A stretch of DNA of 63,095 nt, the filler included, from Hausera hauseri (lineage: Eukaryota), in NCBI GenBank assembly GCA_046269625.1. It is 9 parts of 9 records of this genome, joined end to end, with 100 filler letters (N's around TTAATTAATTAA, not from the genome) between each part and the next. Parts side by side here need not be neighbours in the genome. Positions count along the whole stretch, not along the records: positions 47,334 to 63,095 come from JBJURY010388811.1; 8 more parts are not named here. One strand, 5' to 3'. Below, one piece after another: positions 62,615 to 63,095 of the stretch; the first letter of the stretch is position 1, and every line of letters starts with the position of its first letter. The position numbers and the translations under genes were made by a program. Under the pieces are notes generated by a model, which made no database searches, had not been told where the DNA came from, and saw only the letters and a list, made by a program, of their open reading frames with translations.

Positions 62615-63095
62615 GAGTAAATCTTAGCTCTCTTCATAGTAGATATTTCCTCTATCCATTTTATATTTATTTTTGCTCCCTTATTTATTTTGGCTATTAT
62701 GAATTTTCCAAATTTCTTTGTCCTTTGCTTGTTCTTTGGCTATAGCTTCGTGCGTAATTGGTATTGTCAGGACTGTGTGCATCTCTTCGCTGACCTCCGC
62801 ATTATCTACTTCATCTATCATAGCTTGAATTAGGTCAGTCATTTTGTAATATTCGTATAGAATGTCTTCAACGAACGGATCTTTGTGGTCACTTTGTTTT
62901 GTGTTTCTTTGGTTATCTTTGTTCAATGTTTGAATAATTATACTTATTAACTGATCTGTATCCGTAGTGTGCTTTTTTCGTATTGTCTTAGGTACGTCCG
63001 GATTAAGTTTCTGTGAATAATATTCTTTTAAGTCGTGCATGTCATCGTATTCGGGATTAACTCAGTCATTATAGTTTTTGTCAATGTCATTTTCT

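Larger units (their letters stand above)
47599..63095 (-). mobile_element. Giant Gypsy-type retroelement: integrase plus ~12-kb 3' coding extension (decayed)
   Basis: A Gypsy integrase is followed directly by a dense chain of same-strand intronless ORF fragments. Many share a frame across single stops (61100+60572; 59883+59367+58605; 53338+53026+51868; 50516+50114). Confidence 0.75.

Noticed and set aside
24542-63095. Treating the BIR/RING cassette, the Polinton and the giant Gypsy as one linked system
   Set aside because: They are on different contigs separated by spacers, so no physical linkage is shown.

Overview
This window is not one locus. It is nine separate eukaryotic contigs joined by artificial 100-bp spacers (N44-TTAATTAATTAA-N44) at 4434, 12074, 19419, 24442, 31399, 35496, 40412 and 47234, so nothing can be inferred from adjacency across spacers. 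Eight contigs look like one AT-rich, transposon-rich invertebrate genome (a flatworm such as a triclad is plausible but unproven). Contig 3 (12174-19418) looks like teleost DNA. Much of the window is decayed transposons: Tc1, mariner, maT/DD37D, pogo/Tigger, hAT-like, a LINE and Gypsy elements. Host-gene fragments resemble RALBP1, FBXL13, a G2E3-type HECT ligase and REEP5. Three virus-like regions stand out. (1) 47599-63095: a giant Gypsy-type element whose integrase is followed by about 12 kb of co-oriented, decayed coding sequence. It contains two tandem retropepsin-like domains, three copies of an unrecognised ~200-aa helical domain, and repeated signal-peptide/AxA/transmembrane modules, one with a PPxY motif. 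A precisely bounded TG..CA insertion carrying a REEP5 copy interrupts it. (2) 26103-31398: a compact intronless BIR plus multi-RING gene cluster next to a ~690-bp inverted duplication and CACGTG-rich repeats. (3) 40570-46969: a Polinton/Maverick morphogenesis module with two tandem minor-capsid paralogs. All family assignments come from motif recognition by eye; no database searches were run.
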